A stretch of 42,418 nucleotides of DNA from a virus, in IMG/VR virus record IMGVR_UViG_3300045988_136292, positions 1-42,418 of that record; one strand, 5' to 3'. The position numbers and the translations under genes are program-made. Numbering within the stretch: the first letter of the stretch is position 1; each line of letters opens with the position of its first letter. The notes under the pieces are model-generated. The model ran no database searches, was not told the origin of the DNA, and was given only the letters and a program-made list of their open reading frames with translations. This document shows positions 18,788-27,712 of the stretch, piece after piece.

Positions 18788-19267
18788 TTACGCACCAACA
18801 CCATCCTCTAACGGCCCCGTACCTTGAAGCGTTACAGAACTTGTACAGATCGCCCCATTATCAGCCTTCATTGATAGTGCGGTAATGATTGCATTGCCTT
18901 TGACATATTCCTCCCCTTTAGGGAAGTCGCCTTCTGTTTCTTCTGTTTTGGCAATTACAAACGGAATTGGAGTACGCTTCTTCATCAATTCCTTCAACGT
19001 AACAAATGACATGTGCCCCGATTTTAAAGACAACATACTTTCGCTTGATACTGTATAACCTAACTGTCCTGTCAGGTATTCTTTCCAGTTACCCGACATC
19101 TTGTTGCTGGTATCAATTGTATCTGCACTAATATCAATGCCACACGATGTGCCAAAGGCTATCGGAACTATTTCTTTTGTACCTGGTTCTTTAGTGACTT
19201 CAACAAACAGCATCAACTTGTCACCGACAATCATGTCTTTACTTGAATCATACTTTTTTTCTGCCAT
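18788..19267 (-). CDS. Major tail protein (TP901-1/phi13-like)
   Basis: 159 aa. Assigned by position and by sequence character (FGTSCGIDISADTIDTSNKMSGNWKEYLTGQLGYTVS). Confidence 0.65.
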   Translation of the reverse strand: MAEKKYDSSKDMIVGDKLMLFVEVTKEPGTKEIVPIAFGTSCGIDISADTIDTSNKMSGNWKEYLTGQLGYTVSSESMLSLKSGHMSFVTLKELMKKRTPIPFVIAKTEETEGDFPKGEEYVKGNAIITALSMKADNGAICTSSVTLQGTGPLEDGVGA

Positions 19268-19290
19268 AATATTTAAATTTTGATTATACC

Positions 19291-19319
19291 ACTAACCAAA
19301 ATTTTGTATGACAAAAACA
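19291..19319 (-). promoter_or_regulatory. Conserved late-gene upstream element, copy 2
   Basis: Lies 23 nt upstream of the major tail ATG. The stretch 19271-19319 is near-identical to 24771-24817. Confidence 0.45.
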
Positions 19320-19349
19320 AAAAAAGGGATACTGAACTTAGTATCCCTT
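19319..19349 (-). terminator. Intrinsic terminator (10-bp stem AAGGGATACT/AGTATCCCTT) followed by T7 on the - strand
   Basis: Directly downstream of CDS 19356-19730. The T-run merges into late element copy 2. Confidence 0.6.
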
Positions 19350-19355
19350 TGCTAA

Positions 19356-19730
19356 TTATAAAGAACTGATCGAAAATTGAAGCACTTGAACGTACTTGTT
19401 ATCAACATAATCCTCTGTAGAATCTTCCAAATGAATCGTCATTGTTGGATTTTTAAAACTTCCCTCCAAAGTTGAATATATCAAGGAAGCAATCTGGTTA
19501 CTTCTGTCGTAGTTGTCACTGATCACACTAACATAGACGATAGGTATTTGACGGGCGACTCCCATTTTACTATACTCTTGCTGATATCCATCACGCTGAT
19601 ATACTATAAAATCACCATCTGTCCCATCCGGAGCCACTATAGGATAAATTTTCCTACCGATAAAAGTGCTGACATCCTTAGATTCCAAAAGTATTCCACG
19701 TATCTCCGTGGTTATTCCAAACATATTCAT
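19356..19730 (-). CDS. Tail completion / tail terminator-type protein
   Basis: 124 aa. Sits immediately upstream of the major tail protein. Confidence 0.45.
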   Translation of the reverse strand: MNMFGITTEIRGILLESKDVSTFIGRKIYPIVAPDGTDGDFIVYQRDGYQQEYSKMGVARQIPIVYVSVISDNYDRSNQIASLIYSTLEGSFKNPTMTIHLEDSTEDYVDNKYVQVLQFSISSL

Positions 19731-19732
19731 AC

Positions 19733-20170
19733 TTATCTTCTTTCATTGATTCGCTGGATAGCCCTTTTTAAGCCATCATACAAAAATCGCTCCGCCTTGG
19801 CCTCCTCAGATTTACGGGCATCCGACCAAAAACTATTCCCAGGCATAATACCGGATGTGCCAGTAAGCGGGTGTGGACGTTTTCTTGTTCCCATATCCAC
19901 GAGATGAGCATGAGCTCCTGATTGTGTAAAACCGGACAGTGCACCTAACTTTCTTCTCTTTACTCTCGTAGTAAAAGAGCTTTCCAAATTTCCTGTAACC
20001 TTTCCACTTTTACGCATTCTTGCACGGAGATTGGTTTTTCCCTTACGCATGAAAACAGAAGCAGCGGATCTTAGTCCACTACGGATTGCTTTATCCTTTT
20101 CAAAATCCTCCAGATTCCGAACTAGATAATGAATATTTTCTTGATCTATTACTTTTAGCTCCATAATCAT
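19733..20170 (-). CDS. HK97 gp10-like head-tail joining protein
   Basis: 145 aa. Assigned by position and a basic central region (MRKGKTNLRARMRKSGKVTGNL). Confidence 0.5.
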   Translation of the reverse strand: MIMELKVIDQENIHYLVRNLEDFEKDKAIRSGLRSAASVFMRKGKTNLRARMRKSGKVTGNLESSFTTRVKRRKLGALSGFTQSGAHAHLVDMGTRKRPHPLTGTSGIMPGNSFWSDARKSEEAKAERFLYDGLKRAIQRINERR

Positions 20171-20490
20171 GTATCTATTCTACCAAGAGTTAAAATCAAA
20201 GTGTTATCTCTTTGAGGATCTATCATTTTAATCTCATATACATTATTCATGTATACAACCCTTTGCGTATTCTTTATCACGGGATATGCTCTTACCTGAA
20301 AAACAACCGTTCTTCCAATAAACTGCTCCATAGCACTTACCCCATCCTTATCCACTACTAATGACATCTTTCTACGATATCCCTTGCAACGAAAGATTTC
20401 CTCATACTCCTTCACCACAAACCCGGTATCAGATTGATGCTCTCTCAACTCTTTAAATACCAATGTCTCATATAACAATCCAGCTCTCAT
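20167..20490 (-). CDS. Head closure / head-tail adaptor protein
   Basis: 107 aa with 4-nt overlaps on both sides. This is the typical adaptor position. Confidence 0.55.
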   Translation of the reverse strand: MRAGLLYETLVFKELREHQSDTGFVVKEYEEIFRCKGYRRKMSLVVDKDGVSAMEQFIGRTVVFQVRAYPVIKNTQRVVYMNNVYEIKMIDPQRDNTLILTLGRIDT

Positions 20491-20801
20491 AAACTATAAT
20501 CCCTATACAGGGATAGCAAATATTTAACCCCTTGTTCCAATGGGCGGCTTTGGATGGTAATAACCTCTTCCCTGTATGCATAATACGCCCCTATTGATAA
20601 AAGTATAGCCTGCCGTATCGGTGCCGGGATAGACTTACCTCCACCGATAGAGGTAAGCTCTTCCACAGACACACATAATTCTTTAGCAACTTTCTCTTCC
20701 GCTACTTCTATCAGGGACTCAATGTATGCATCATCCCCATCGTAAGCATCCTCTATGTTTAAATGCTTTTTAGCCAAATCCAAAGTCACATACATACCCA
20801 T
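20487..20801 (-). CDS. gp6-like head-tail connector protein
   Basis: The N-terminus VTLDLAKKHLNIEDAYDGDDAYIESLIEVAEE is typical of this family. Sits directly after the capsid gene. Confidence 0.6.
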   Translation of the reverse strand: MGMYVTLDLAKKHLNIEDAYDGDDAYIESLIEVAEEKVAKELCVSVEELTSIGGGKSIPAPIRQAILLSIGAYYAYREEVITIQSRPLEQGVKYLLSLYRDYSL

Positions 20802-20802
20802 A

Positions 20803-22056
20803 TTATTTCAATGACGCAACAGTAAATGACTCTTTGCGGATCATCCCCATATTCCAGTAAGAGTTAACTACCAATCGGACCATGCCCTTTGTTGCCTGAG
20901 TGTATGGATCGACTGTCATATCAATAGCACCCCATTGACCTAAGAAATAATCGGCCCAATTCCCAAACACGATACCAAACTCATCCGTACCCTCCCCTAA
21001 TTCTTTAGGAATATTATTAGTACGCAATGCACGATATCCGTTAATCATTCCCTGTCCGTCATTGCCAAAAATAAAGCCCCCTGCACCCGAAGCATCCTTT
21101 ACTTTTGTCTTTGCCTTACCTACCAAGGACGGATTCATTATATATGCAAGATTACCAAACAAAGCGTTGTTCAAATCTGCACCAGTTTCCATCGCTACAA
21201 TCTGAGCCCATGTCATATCGCCTTTGATCGTTTCGCTAATATTGGCTTCCTGAAACATCCCATCTGGCACATTATCCGCATGCACTTCCTTTCCAAACGC
21301 AGTCTGCTCAATTTTCTGCGCGATAGCTATTGCCATCAACTGACGGATAAGTCCTTCGACACTACGGTTCTCTTGAATCAGTAATTGTTTGGAAAGATCT
21401 ACGTATGCCGTCAGACGTTTTGGAGTGAATAAATTTCCCTTTTTGAACGTTCCTGCACCATCCTTGGCCTCTGCATTTTCTCCTTCCCAAAATACATTTG
21501 TAGCGGAATGTTCTGGCCAATAGATGTTTCCAACCAGCCCGGTCATCATACGGACTCCCGCTTGAGACAATACGAGGTTGGATTCCAAGGGAAGAAGTAA
21601 TTCTTGCTGCTCTTCATCAATTACTACCCCTGTAGTTTTTTCCGTGCCAGCCGTATATGCGGCACGCTTTGCATAGCTCATAGGAATGATCAACTCACCG
21701 CTATTTTCAGCCGTTGCCGCCACAGAACGATGAAGTTTTGTCGCTTCCTCGATAACAGCCGCCTCGCTATCCCTTTGCTCGGTTTTATTCATTTGCGCAA
21801 GGATGGCACGGCGAAGAGAAAACTGTTTATTCGTGGACTCCATGCGTCTTGCAGGTGCCTGACGATTTTCTGTTTCCTTCTCATCTATTTCCAGATTGAT
21901 TTCCGCCATACGGGTTTGATTTCTTCCCAATTCTTCGTTCTCTTCGGCTGTGAACTGACGCTTTTCTCCCTTTGCCGCCTCAATGATTGATCTAGAACGA
22001 CTTTGTAACTGTTTTTTTTCGTCCTTTAATTCTGTGATACTTTTTTCTTTTGCCAT
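20803..22056 (-). CDS. Major capsid protein, HK97 family
   Basis: 417 aa. Has an N-terminal coiled-coil delta-like region and sits after the prohead protease. The C-terminus (GNWADYFLGQWGAIDMTVDPYT) is typical. Confidence 0.85.
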   Translation of the reverse strand: MAKEKSITELKDEKKQLQSRSRSIIEAAKGEKRQFTAEENEELGRNQTRMAEINLEIDEKETENRQAPARRMESTNKQFSLRRAILAQMNKTEQRDSEAAVIEEATKLHRSVAATAENSGELIIPMSYAKRAAYTAGTEKTTGVVIDEEQQELLLPLESNLVLSQAGVRMMTGLVGNIYWPEHSATNVFWEGENAEAKDGAGTFKKGNLFTPKRLTAYVDLSKQLLIQENRSVEGLIRQLMAIAIAQKIEQTAFGKEVHADNVPDGMFQEANISETIKGDMTWAQIVAMETGADLNNALFGNLAYIMNPSLVGKAKTKVKDASGAGGFIFGNDGQGMINGYRALRTNNIPKELGEGTDEFGIVFGNWADYFLGQWGAIDMTVDPYTQATKGMVRLVVNSYWNMGMIRKESFTVASLK

Positions 22057-22060
22057 AAAA

Positions 22061-22651
22061 TTAAATATTTAATGATTTCTCAATATTTTGATAATATTCT
22101 TCTGGTATGGTTGCCTTTTTACGCAATTCTTCTTCTGCAATATCTTTGCCGCGCATATAAACAGAAGTCTTGCTGTATGCGGCATTATATACAGGAGAAA
22201 CATCATACAAATTCCCGATCTTAGAAACTGTACGCTTCCAAGTTCCATCGTTTTTTTTCTCCCATGTATCCTTTTCAACATCAAAACAGAAAGAACTGGC
22301 TGATATCTCCCCTCTTCTTATGTTTTCTAACAATTCATCACCTAACGCTGTCTTTGGGGCTTCAAAACGATATTTTAACCCTTTTTCATCCACATTTAAA
22401 GAAAGAGACCCACTTCCATTATTGCTTCTAGCCAAAATACCCCGGCTTTGGGAATGATTCAAAAGCGCAAAAACATCGCTCTTCTCTAATACACCGTCCA
22501 AAGCACCCCGTTCTATAACTTCTTCAAAATATAATCCGTCCGATGGCGTATTAAAAAGAATGGCATACCCCTCAACTGTACGTTTTTCTTCGCTTTCCCC
22601 GGTCACTTGAACCTGATAGGCTGTATTCCTTATCTCTCTTTTTTCGTCCAT
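22061..22651 (-). CDS. HK97-family prohead protease
   Basis: 196 aa. Contains ALLNHSQSRGILARS and lies between the portal and capsid genes. Confidence 0.8.
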   Translation of the reverse strand: MDEKREIRNTAYQVQVTGESEEKRTVEGYAILFNTPSDGLYFEEVIERGALDGVLEKSDVFALLNHSQSRGILARSNNGSGSLSLNVDEKGLKYRFEAPKTALGDELLENIRRGEISASSFCFDVEKDTWEKKNDGTWKRTVSKIGNLYDVSPVYNAAYSKTSVYMRGKDIAEEELRKKATIPEEYYQNIEKSLNI

Positions 22652-22668
22652 TTTTATACTCTTTTACC

Positions 22669-22696
22669 GACTAACCATTTTTTTGTATGACAAAAA
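22669..22696 (-). promoter_or_regulatory. Conserved late-gene upstream element, copy 3
   Basis: Lies 17 nt upstream of the protease ATG. Confidence 0.4.
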
Positions 22697-22704
22697 TTTA
22701 TTTT

Positions 22705-23949
22705 TTATTCTTTGCCTACCGTTTTTTCATTTATAACAGGATTTTCTTCAACTCTCTGCACAACCGCATTGCTTAATGTTTGCATATTAGACTGCACAAA
22801 GGCGTTATCTCCGCCTTCCAAACGCGAATATCCCAATTCGCGTCGCGTTTCATTTGGTGTTATACCAGCTATATAAGACATCTCTTTATAAAACGATGCC
22901 TGAGCCGCCTTATCAGTACGCAAGATGGCAGAAGTATCAAATTCTGCAATAATTCGTCCTCTTTCCGAAGGAAGAAATATTTTTCTATTAATTTCCTGTT
23001 CTATCTTCGTTATAACAGCCAATACCGTATCTGTCAAATACTGAAGCTGGGTAGCCTCAACCGTTGAATAGCTTGATTTGGACAAATCGAACACCTTTAC
23101 AGGAGAAACAGAAAAGAAACGGCACATATCAACCACATTAAACATGCGGCTTTCAATAAATTGGCTATCTTTCGGGCTGATAGAGATAGGTTGATACTTC
23201 ATATTCCCCTCTAATATGGCTATTCCATTTGGATGGCCATTCATAGGGTTGGTGCGTTCTTCCCACGTCTGATAAATCTGGTCCTTTTGTTTGCTGTCCA
23301 ATCTGGCTCCTTCAACCGTCAATATACCGGCTACACTGGCTCCACTTTTGAAAAAACCTGCCGCGTGCTCTTCTGTAGACGTAGATATATCAATTGTCTG
23401 TCTGGCATGTTCCAAAGTAGAAACACCAATTATACCATCATAAGAAAAATTAAGTACGTGAAACATATCCCGCGGTTCTACAAGCTCCTTGAATCCTACC
23501 ACCTGATAACGCTTCCGCATAATTCCCTTCTTATCCTGTATCCATACAATGCTTACCTGACCAGAAGGAATATAAATCAACTGTGTTACATTTAGATCCT
23601 TGTCTCTTTCAATATATGCATATCCGTTCCCTGTAAGCAATACTGAAGCCATAATCGTTTTAAAAAACACATACCGTGTCATATCCTCATTCGGCTCCAT
23701 ATCCAAAATGTAATAAGCCGGGTGGTTTTTAGCCTCCTTCTTAAAACCATCCTTATCCAGTTCGTAAGTCTTCAACGGCAATACAGCAACACTATCCGAA
23801 ATCAAATCAACACAACGATACACTGTAGAAAGAAGCATAGGCTTGCTTCTGCTGGATAGTATCTGCCTTCCCCCGGTATAACTCCATGCAGTTACACGGG
23901 AAGTCTCCACTTTTGACGCTTTTCTAATTTCTAATCCAAAAACTTTCAT
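22705..23949 (-). CDS. Portal protein (HK97 family)
   Basis: ORF frame is 22705-24015. The start was chosen at the ATG at 23949 (MKVFGLEIRK) because late element copy 4 lies just upstream. Size and position fit a portal. Confidence 0.8.
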   Translation of the reverse strand: MKVFGLEIRKASKVETSRVTAWSYTGGRQILSSRSKPMLLSTVYRCVDLISDSVAVLPLKTYELDKDGFKKEAKNHPAYYILDMEPNEDMTRYVFFKTIMASVLLTGNGYAYIERDKDLNVTQLIYIPSGQVSIVWIQDKKGIMRKRYQVVGFKELVEPRDMFHVLNFSYDGIIGVSTLEHARQTIDISTSTEEHAAGFFKSGASVAGILTVEGARLDSKQKDQIYQTWEERTNPMNGHPNGIAILEGNMKYQPISISPKDSQFIESRMFNVVDMCRFFSVSPVKVFDLSKSSYSTVEATQLQYLTDTVLAVITKIEQEINRKIFLPSERGRIIAEFDTSAILRTDKAAQASFYKEMSYIAGITPNETRRELGYSRLEGGDNAFVQSNMQTLSNAVVQRVEENPVINEKTVGKE

Positions 23950-23964
23950 TTGCTCGATTTTATC

Positions 23965-23993
23965 AGCTAACCTTTTTTTTGTCATACAAAAAG
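23965..23993 (-). promoter_or_regulatory. Conserved late-gene upstream element, copy 4 (palindromic core centre flipped)
   Basis: Lies 15 nt upstream of the ATG at 23949. Confidence 0.4.
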
Positions 23994-24067
23994 GTGTTTT
24001 ATTCATCACGAACAAAACACCCCTCCCTGGAACAGTAATTATATTATGAATAAAGTTTTAAAGTGCC

Positions 24068-24766
24068 TTACATGGGTAATACATCAGGATGTCTCTGATA
24101 ATATATCTTCGTCAACGCCTGCTTCAGTTCCTGATAGTTTTTGATGAAACCAAGCTCAATCCATTGGGCTATCTGTTGTTCCAACTCGTACATCTCACGT
24201 ATCTTAGCCTCATCACCAATCTTATTACGCATTTCTGATTCATGTTTGCCATACACAATGATATTGAGTGATTTTGCTAAATCCTTAACCTTCTGCTTGA
24301 ATACATCCTTCGGAAGTATAGAACAAACAGCCGCACACATTTTAGGATACGCATCACCGGCAAGATTCCTGTATTGAATCATCTCATCATATACGAAGCG
24401 TATTACCTTTACTTCAAAACGAGGATTAATCCACATTGCGAATTTTGTAAATAAGAAAGGATGCATCCATACCTCTTCTTTAGGTCTTCCAGCTTTACCT
24501 TTTTCTTTAACCTTACTTTTCTTAACTACTTGATTATCAATTTTAGGGCAATTTTGCCCTAAACCTACCTCATTAGCTTCTGCTATTAAGGCTTCAACAA
24601 ACTTACATGTACTCACTGAATTTAAGAACACATCCATCTTGCGTTGTTCCTGTCCTGATAAGTTCCATTGCCGCAACAATTCTCCAGCATCGAAATATCC
24701 GTCTTTTGTTCTCTGACTAACTGTAAATTCACCCATTGGGCGAATCATGATTTGATTGGTCTTCAT
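24068..24766 (-). CDS. KilA-N domain protein
   Basis: 232 aa. Contains the motif EVWMHPFLFTKFAMWINPRFEVKVIRFVYD. Inserted between terL and the portal gene. Confidence 0.65.
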   Translation of the reverse strand: MKTNQIMIRPMGEFTVSQRTKDGYFDAGELLRQWNLSGQEQRKMDVFLNSVSTCKFVEALIAEANEVGLGQNCPKIDNQVVKKSKVKEKGKAGRPKEEVWMHPFLFTKFAMWINPRFEVKVIRFVYDEMIQYRNLAGDAYPKMCAAVCSILPKDVFKQKVKDLAKSLNIIVYGKHESEMRNKIGDEAKIREMYELEQQIAQWIELGFIKNYQELKQALTKIYYQRHPDVLPM

Positions 24767-24788
24767 AATTTTTAAATTTGATTATACC

Positions 24789-24817
24789 ACTAACCAAAAT
24801 TTTGTATGACAAAAACA
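24789..24817 (-). promoter_or_regulatory. Conserved late-gene upstream element, copy 5
   Basis: Lies 22 nt upstream of the KilA-N ATG. Near-identical to copy 2 over about 47 nt. Confidence 0.45.
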
Positions 24818-24885
24818 GAAAAAAAGAAGACTATTCTCACGAACCATCTTCTTTACATATTAATGAAAACAAACCAAATCTCATT

Positions 24886-24913
24886 ATAAACCTTATAAAT
24901 GTATGACAAACTA
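24886..24913 (-). promoter_or_regulatory. Degenerate late-gene element, copy 6
   Basis: Plus strand reads ATAAACCTTATAAATGTATGACAAACTA. Lies at the terL stop. Confidence 0.25.
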
Positions 24914-26533
24914 ATAAAATTCTCCATATCTCGGAGACATCAGATAAACGCCTAACGCCTCAAGCATGGCTATCACCCCATCAATCTTCTTTTCTTCGAA
25001 CTGCTTACTTGGCTTTGTATTTCCGTTCCTGTCCCTTGCCATAACCACATTCCTAAAACAATGGCGGTTTATCACATTATTATCAATTATCGCCTTTCCC
25101 GAAAGCATTAGGCGTTCCATTTCTTTTGTCGGTCGATTAAAATTACCTAAAGCCTGACTGAACTCCTGCATAGGCAATGCCTTCTCCTGTGCGTTTATCA
25201 CAAACTGGGTTGCATTCCATGCATCATAGGCAATCTTTTGAATATAAACCCTATCCCTTATATCAAGTATATCGTTCAATATATAGTCGTAATCCGTCAC
25301 ATTACCCGGCGTGATTGTAATCAACCCCTTTCTTCTCCATTCCCCATAAAGCTCCTTGAATCTCTTTTCTTGCAAAGCCATTTCGGGAAGGTAATATTTC
25401 ACTTTAAAATAATATTTTTCCGCCGTTGGGAACATGAATGCCGCACAAGTCAAGTCACTTGTACTGGAAAGGTCAATCCCCATATAACAATCCATATCCC
25501 TAAATTTTTCAAAATCCACATCAGAGGAAGAATCAAGTATATAATGTTCTGGAATCCATACCGTCTCAGCATCACACCACATATTTATATTCTTCGTTTT
25601 TATACCAACCTCTTCTGATGGAGAATTAATGGCTTTCTGAACCTGTTCACGTAAATATTTAGTTTTAACCGTAACACCTAAATTCGGATTACTTTTCCCC
25701 CACACAGCCTCATCTTTCCAATTATCACCTTCATCCAATGAATAAATCAAAGCAAATATCGTATCGTCTGTTTTCAATCCCTTAAGAATCTCAGTGCACA
25801 TTTCCCGATACTGATAGCAAGGACCAAGTTTATCAAAACCTGCCGTAGTGATAATAATTCCCATTGGATCATCACGCATACCCTGTCCGGACTGAAGCAC
25901 ATCTTTCAAACCCGAATTCTTAGCTGCATGATACTCATCCAAAAGAAACATTGACGGATTGGGACCGTCCAGTTTTGAAGAATCAGCAGCCAGAACCTTC
26001 ATAAAAGATAAAGTTCTATCAAAATTTATTTGGTCTCTAAATGATTCTAGATATTTGTGCTTCGGATCAAGACCAGATACAAAGTTACGACACATTGTAA
26101 AACTAACCTTCGCCTGATCCTTGGAATTAGCAGCTAGATAGACCTCTGCATTAGCCTCACCGTCTGCTATTAAATGATACAGGCAAAGAGCCGCAGCAAA
26201 AGCAGATTTCCCATTCTTCCTGGCCATTTCTATATAAACAAAAGATGTAAGACGGTTCCATGTCCCGTCTTCATCCTTTTTATAAAACCCATAAATATTA
26301 GCTACCGCAAATTCTTGCCACGGAAGCAAAACAAACGGCTTCCCAGCGTGCCTACCAGTATAATGCCTCAACAATGCAATAAATTCAATGGCGTAATCTA
26401 CTCTTTCCTCCCTGAATTCAACATCATCCCTTTCAAACAAACTATAAAAACGCTCTACAGCCAGTTTGATATATTCTCCTACTAATACTTTCCCATCACG
26501 CACATCCGCGGCATACTGATAGTATTTCTTCAT
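24911..26533 (-). CDS. terL: Terminase large subunit
   Basis: 540 aa. The N-terminal ATPase region has GKPFVLLPWQEF and a Walker A-like ARKNGKS. Lies downstream of terS. Confidence 0.9.
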   Translation of the reverse strand: MKKYYQYAADVRDGKVLVGEYIKLAVERFYSLFERDDVEFREERVDYAIEFIALLRHYTGRHAGKPFVLLPWQEFAVANIYGFYKKDEDGTWNRLTSFVYIEMARKNGKSAFAAALCLYHLIADGEANAEVYLAANSKDQAKVSFTMCRNFVSGLDPKHKYLESFRDQINFDRTLSFMKVLAADSSKLDGPNPSMFLLDEYHAAKNSGLKDVLQSGQGMRDDPMGIIITTAGFDKLGPCYQYREMCTEILKGLKTDDTIFALIYSLDEGDNWKDEAVWGKSNPNLGVTVKTKYLREQVQKAINSPSEEVGIKTKNINMWCDAETVWIPEHYILDSSSDVDFEKFRDMDCYMGIDLSSTSDLTCAAFMFPTAEKYYFKVKYYLPEMALQEKRFKELYGEWRRKGLITITPGNVTDYDYILNDILDIRDRVYIQKIAYDAWNATQFVINAQEKALPMQEFSQALGNFNRPTKEMERLMLSGKAIIDNNVINRHCFRNVVMARDRNGNTKPSKQFEEKKIDGVIAMLEALGVYLMSPRYGEFY

Positions 26534-26913
26534 CGCTTAGATTTTGAACCCTTTCTGATAAATTCTTCCAAAGGAGATTCCTCATCATTGTCAGACTTCA
26601 TCGCTTTTATAGTTCCTCGACTTTTTATAGTAAGACCGTATTCGGTCATTATCTTCATTACTTGCGCATAATTCTTGGTCGCTATGTTCTGAGCAGGATT
26701 AGCGGCCTTCTCATACTTGATCATTATTACGGGACCTTCCTCTAATAATAATTTGGTCGCTTGTAAATACATCTCATAACTCGTAGCCAACATCCTTAAT
26801 GCACCAATATCTATATTCTGAATTGCCTTTCTCGCATTCAACTCCTTTACTACATCTTTCATAAATTTCTGTGTTTCCGATGAGAGATGCTCTGGCATTA
26901 TAAATTTTACCAT
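26530..26913 (-). CDS. terS: Terminase small subunit (P27-like)
   Basis: 127 aa with a 4-nt overlap to terL. Contains PAQNIATKNYAQVMKIMTEYGLT. Confidence 0.7.
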   Translation of the reverse strand: MVKFIMPEHLSSETQKFMKDVVKELNARKAIQNIDIGALRMLATSYEMYLQATKLLLEEGPVIMIKYEKAANPAQNIATKNYAQVMKIMTEYGLTIKSRGTIKAMKSDNDEESPLEEFIRKGSKSKR

Positions 26914-26927
26914 ATTACTTTTTTTAT

Positions 26928-26958
26928 AAAACCGTTATTTTGTCATACGTCATTTTTT
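26928..26958 (-). promoter_or_regulatory. Degenerate late-gene element, copy 7
   Basis: Lies 14 nt upstream of the terS ATG. The core is TTTGTCATACGTCA on the plus strand. Confidence 0.3.
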
Positions 26959-26997
26959 AACTGTTAATATTTTAACAAATTCAAAATTTGAAAAAGT

Positions 26998-27064
26998 TCC
27001 GTGTGTGTGAGGAAGGGTCGGGCGAGGTTGGGAAGATCGTTTTCTAGAAAAAATCCCCCCCCCC
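26998..27064. other. GC-rich non-coding segment between HNH and terS, a candidate cos/packaging site
   Basis: CCGTGTGTGTGAGGAAGGGTCGGGCGAGGTTGGGAAGATCG stands out from its AT-rich surroundings. The HNH-terS-terL arrangement is typical of cos phages. Confidence 0.3.
27055..27064. repeat. C10 (G10 on the coding strand) homopolymer tract
   Basis: Counted directly. Abuts the HNH stop codon. Confidence 0.9.
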
Positions 27065-27402
27065 TATCTTCTTCCTCGTCTTACTACATCCTCCTTTATC
27101 TCATTATTGTTGTGGATACGTTGATGACATCTCTTGCATAAGCTCATAAGGTTGTCATAATCGTATGCGAGTCTTTTCCTTTCATTTATATCATCTACTC
27201 CCATGAAAGATACAATATGATGTATATCTTCTGCCGGGACAGTATTGCCATCCTTTAAACACAATTCACATAAAGGATTATTAATCAATTTCCATTCACG
27301 CAATCTACGCCATCTCTCAGAATCATATATCTTTCTACGCTCCTGATTATACATATTATTCGTCTTGGGAATCATTTTCTTTACTTTTTCTATAGTCGGC
27401 AT
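27064..27402 (-). CDS. HNH endonuclease (terminase-associated)
   Basis: Contains CELC...HHIVSF...LMSLCKRCHQRIH. The start may instead be the internal ATG at 27354, just after the stop of the upstream gene. Confidence 0.85.
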   Translation of the reverse strand: MPTIEKVKKMIPKTNNMYNQERRKIYDSERWRRLREWKLINNPLCELCLKDGNTVPAEDIHHIVSFMGVDDINERKRLAYDYDNLMSLCKRCHQRIHNNNEIKEDVVRRGRR

Positions 27403-27712
27403 AAGGTATCTCTTTTAACAATTTATTATCATTTATAGTTTGAAATTCAATCATCTTAAAACGATAATGAAAGTATTCCACTAACTCCTTATCTGTATTA
27501 ATAGCGGATGCTCTCTTATCTTGTGATACATAAAGGACTGTATCTTGAAATATATCTTCATAACTTTTTGAACAGAAACAGCCATAACTACGATACTCGC
27601 ATAACTCTTTCAGCTTTGAATAATTACGCTCAATCATAGCCATAATCCTTTTATTAATCTTTCCTGTCTTTATTCTTCTCATTGTTGATTCTCCAATTTC
27701 CCGATTTATCAA
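27356..27712 (-). CDS. Putative late-gene transcriptional activator (sigma region-2-like; positional analogue of RinA/ArpU)
   Basis: YEDIFQDTVLYVSQDK resembles ECF sigma region 2. Located just upstream of HNH and terS. The start is uncertain (ATGs at 27712, 27682 and 27643). Confidence 0.4.
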   Translation of the reverse strand: MINREIGESTMRRIKTGKINKRIMAMIERNYSKLKELCEYRSYGCFCSKSYEDIFQDTVLYVSQDKRASAINTDKELVEYFHYRFKMIEFQTINDNKLLKEIPYADYRKSKENDSQDE

